Shown piece by piece: positions 60,483-64,000 of a DNA stretch of 64,000 nucleotides. The notes beneath the pieces were generated by a model that was not told the DNA's origin, made no database searches, and saw only the letters and a list, made by a program, of their open reading frames with translations. The DNA lies in assembly GCA_040285855.1 (NCBI GenBank), contig JAUFOQ010000003.1:1302001-1366000 (forward strand), given 5' to 3'. Position 1 is the first letter of the stretch. Each line of letters starts with the position of its first letter. This stretch comes from Eukaryota sp. GEM-RC1. Its lineage: Eukaryota. The position numbers and the translations under genes were made by a program.

Positions 60483-61013
60483 CTACACAGAGAACGTTTT
60501 CCTATACCGATCGTATAAATCCAGAGGAACATTGGTATTGTAGTCTAAAAGCTTCAAAAATCTACGTTCAAGAACATTAATTCTGCTAACATTAAGGGAA
60601 GCAATGAGAGCCCAAGATCTATTTGTCAAACAGTGATCATTGTAGGTCTTATCACTGAGCATGCAAGCTAGCAATACTAGTTCATTTACATTCCTTTTGG
60701 TTACAATTGTTCTATGATTTCTGCTGGGATTCAGAATGATCTTATCAATGAATGCCAGCGCACACAGAAATTGGGGCATCCTGAGCTCCGAAAGTGTAAC
60801 TACAGCGACCAAATGCTCAATCAATGGTCTTATACTGCTCAGACCACAGTTGAACACGCGTTCGTTTTCGCTTTCCAGACCAGAATCTGCTGATTTGATT
60901 ACTCTATTGATCGTTGAAGAAGCCATTGTCAGAACTCTCATCGGAATCCTTCTTCTACAAGATCCTAAGGGCCGGTTGATGTATTTCGGTTTCGCCTTGA
61001 CTCGGTTGTTCAT
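60483..61013 (-). CDS. PHO80/cyclin-U-like cyclin
   Basis: FLCALAFIDK, VTKRNVNELVLLACMLSDKTYND, NRSWA, INVLERRFLKLLDY. Confidence 0.85.
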   Translation of the reverse strand: MNNRVKAKPKYINRPLGSCRRRIPMRVLTMASSTINRVIKSADSGLESENERVFNCGLSSIRPLIEHLVAVVTLSELRMPQFLCALAFIDKIILNPSRNHRTIVTKRNVNELVLLACMLSDKTYNDHCLTNRSWALIASLNVSRINVLERRFLKLLDYNTNVPLDLYDRYRKTFSV

Positions 61014-61148
61014 TCGAATTGTGATCGATCTTTCCTGAGATACATTTGTTTGACTCCGCAGGTCTCTTTTCAAGAAGTCTCAATCCAAAAGAAGGATTTC
61101 TTCATACTGGTTAATGTCTCAAAAGGATTCCTTAAAAAAGGTATTAAC

Positions 61149-61792
61149 CATAGTTGTGGATACCTAAATTCGAGGTATTTCGGTAGGTATTAGGTATTGA
61201 GGTAGGTATTAGGTATTTTCATGTCTCATATTGGAGATACCTGTCACTACCAAAAGTACCCTTCTAACGCTACATTTAAATAGTATTAATTTTGTTAAGT
61301 ACATTCATTTGGATTAATCAAGTTTTCTATTTTTGGACAAATGGATACAGTGTAAGTGCTCTAAGTCAACACCAGATTAAAACTGTTTGTTGAATTGTTG
61401 CCAACCTTCTTTTTGAATCATTTTTTCCCAAAAAGGACACTTCTTTTGCCACCATTGGGCAAACTTCTAAGAACCCATTGTGGAAGCTTGTCACAGCCAA
61501 GGTTATCAAGAAAGAACTTGTGGATATCATGTGTAATGGTTGTCAACCATAGGGATGGACTATGCCAAAGTGGAAGGAAAACAAGACGAAGCGACGAGTA
61601 ACATACTAGTAGTTTGTATCACTGTATATTGTTGAGTTAGATGTTTGTAAAACAGGTTATATAAATTAGCTTCGATAATGTGTTCAATCATTTTTCTGGG
61701 TATTCAGGTATCAGGCTGAGGTATTCGGTATTTTGGTATTTTGGTAGGTATTAGGTATTCTTTTTATTGGGATATAGGTATCCACAACTATG
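61149..61792. mobile_element. Non-autonomous hAT-like element with 8-bp TSD GTATTAAC
   Basis: TIR CATAGTTGTGGATACCTA...TAGGTATCCACAACTATG; TSD at 61141-61148 and 61793-61800; subterminal GGTATT repeats. Confidence 0.9.
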
Positions 61793-62274
61793 GTATTAAC
61801 TAATCGGACTACTGTCAGATTTTATCTTAGACTCTCCCTTTAGTTTATTACAAAACAATGGTTTATTGATAAAATGGGGTTGAATAGTATGAACTGGAAT
61901 TCTACGATCAGTGTGAATCTGCTTCTTCAACTACAGAAGAGAACATTGCCGATCCAGCGGTAGTTATAGATTTCCATGCTTTCAAGTAATGTTGTGTGGG
62001 CAGGAAAAAGTTTTGTCGTGTTTTGATTTTCAAATTGATCGCAGACACTGTCATCAAAGATATTAGAAGAAAAGCCACAACGAAAAGAATGTCCAGTGTC
62101 AAAAGAACCTTGATCAACATAGAAGAAGACTGAACAAGTAGAAGGTACTTTCTGGAGACTATAGATATCCGATTGTGATTGATAAATACAAACTCCAATG
62201 CATCAAAGAGTTGGTTCTACGTCTGTAAGGTCAATATTAAGGTAACGATACTGTTTGGACAAACAATCTGAATT

Positions 62275-63845
62275 TAATGTGTTTAAATACTGATACTTTC
62301 CCCCATCACTCTAGCAAACATCCTTACCAGAGACAACTGTTCATTAAATCCAATACTACAACAGTACTCACACATCGCTTCACGAAATTCATCCAATATT
62401 TCCAAACAGTTGATCACAAATCAAGTTATCATTTAAATCTAGTCAATTTCAGGGATACAACAACAGTATTGGTGAACGACAACACATCAAAGTACTTGTC
62501 CCTATCATTCAAATGAATACTCAAAATTTTGACCAAGCCTAAATTAAATCTGTTTATAGTTTCATTTTTTTAAATCATACTTTTTTATGAAAAAGTTTGT
62601 CTGGATATAATGAAATAAACAGTCTAAAACTCAGTATCATCAAAGCAAGATTCCCGAACCTTGTTGAAGCTTTGTCTTCATAATACACACTGACGGATAA
62701 TAAAGCTCTCGAAATCATTGTGGGAACTGCTTTTTGAATTGTAAAGACAATTCTGTTCTTTCGGTTTCATTTTCTGTAAAACACGTTGAATCTGAATTAT
62801 GTCCTTTTGATGTATCCATCTACGGCCGTTTAGGACAAAGTTTTTTCTATCAGAACAAATCATAACAAATTGAATGAACATACGCTTTGATCATATGGTA
62901 TAGTTGAATCTTATACTTTTTACAACATTTCCCCTAATGATCTGCAAAGCTTTACCAGCTGTCAGTTCCTTCTATGAAGTTAAACTGTTGCCAGATGTGA
63001 TAGTGACGGAGGTTGTTTTCATGATACCAAAATTTAGCTCTATGCAATTATGCTGATACTTTGAAGAATCTTATCAAATTTGTATTCGCAATTTTCCTTT
63101 GTTCCATTTGCAATCTCAATTTTTGGTAATATTGATCCAACAGGTTTAAAAGTATTTAGTGTGATTTTATTATTATATGTCGTTCTAACGGAAAGGCCTC
63201 TATTGGTACGGAAGAATAGAAATTGTGTTTGCGTTGTACAGAAGCACCCCAAGTATCTAAGTTCCACTTGTTCCAAGTTGCATAGAGACGGTTATCGTGT
63301 TGATGTGGAAAATTTATAATCTATTGTTGCAAATAAAGTATTGTTTATTTAGTATATTACATTTATAAATGACATTTAGAACTGAATACATGTATTTTGA
63401 AGACATCCAATGAGTAATTTCCCAGTTGTATTCCAATGAGTCTGTCTAAACAACAAGGTAATGTGTTACACAGTCTCCTCAGGCTGCGTAGTACTCTTTG
63501 GTAATTTCAAACCAAACAAATTTGAATATACTCTTAAAGACTTTCGAGACAATAGATTTGTTCCCAATGCGAATTAAGTAACTGTTTTTGTTGCTTCTTT
63601 CAATGCCAACACAACATTCTATATTCTGATGATGTTGAAACTGAACAAGAGGACAATGTCCGATCTAGTTTGGATAAGTCTAAAAATGGTCAAAATGTGA
63701 ATTGCCATTATTCCTGGTCGATTTTTTTTTTAACAAAAATCATCTTCAGACAATTCTGAAACTGAATTAGAAGAGGTATTCCAATTTTGATTACATGAAA
63801 CTTCCTTCTCTAAATCTTCCTCAATTTCCATCATTGACTTGATCA
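62275..63845 (-). pseudogene. Decayed second copy of the PIF1 gene 3' extension, interrupted by about 0.95 kb of unrelated sequence
   Basis: 62290-62545 matches 10205-10460 (e.g. AAAGTACTTGTCCCTATCATTCAAATGAA); 63500-63845 matches parts of 10690-11070 (TTTCGAGACAATAGATTTG; AAATCTTCCTCAATTTC). Confidence 0.8.
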
Positions 63846-64000
63846 TTTTATGTACATTCTGGATTTGTACTGAGAAATGGAATAAGAAAACATAATCAAA
63901 AATTTACTACAATCTAACTAAACAATCGTCACAGCGTACCAAGTTAAAAGTACAATAACTAACACTAACAACTACAAATGCAACAGTAATTCCTTGCTAA

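Overview
AT-rich, compact eukaryotic (protist) genomic DNA. It uses the standard genetic code and has very short GT-AG introns (about 28-38 nt). Many single-base frameshifts sit in homopolymer runs and also break ordinary host genes, so they are probably long-read errors. 1-10 kb: head-to-tail tandem array of a Ty3/gypsy-type LTR retrotransposon sharing very short LTRs (at most about 100 bp, best guess 57 bp); the left copy is internally deleted. 10-19.4 kb is the most interesting region. A PIF1 helicase lies divergent from a frameshifted ORF chain that reconstructs as 2A (StopGo) peptide, Ulp1/SENP8-like protease, PolB-type 3'-5' exonuclease-like domain, Fanzor1 (TnpB-derived RuvC with D/E/D intact) and a CCHC knuckle. 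Two identical-stem 75-nt hairpins precede it. A structured omegaRNA-like segment follows it and ends where a remnant of a CRE-like non-LTR retrotransposon begins (the putative guide). 19.8-61 kb: host genes (LRR plus repeat coiled-coil protein, ADA2, TSC2, SPO11-3/TOP6A, permuted NlpC/P60-like protein, bacterial-like MMPL and MFS transporters, ARF-like GTPase, TFIIIC TPR subunit, SLC38-type transporter, small Cys-repeat protein, cyclin), two tRNA genes, five hAT-type non-autonomous elements with 8-bp TSDs and several CRE-like retroelement fragments. A decayed second copy of the PIF1 3' region lies at 62-64 kb. All family calls come from motif recognition by eye; no searches were run.
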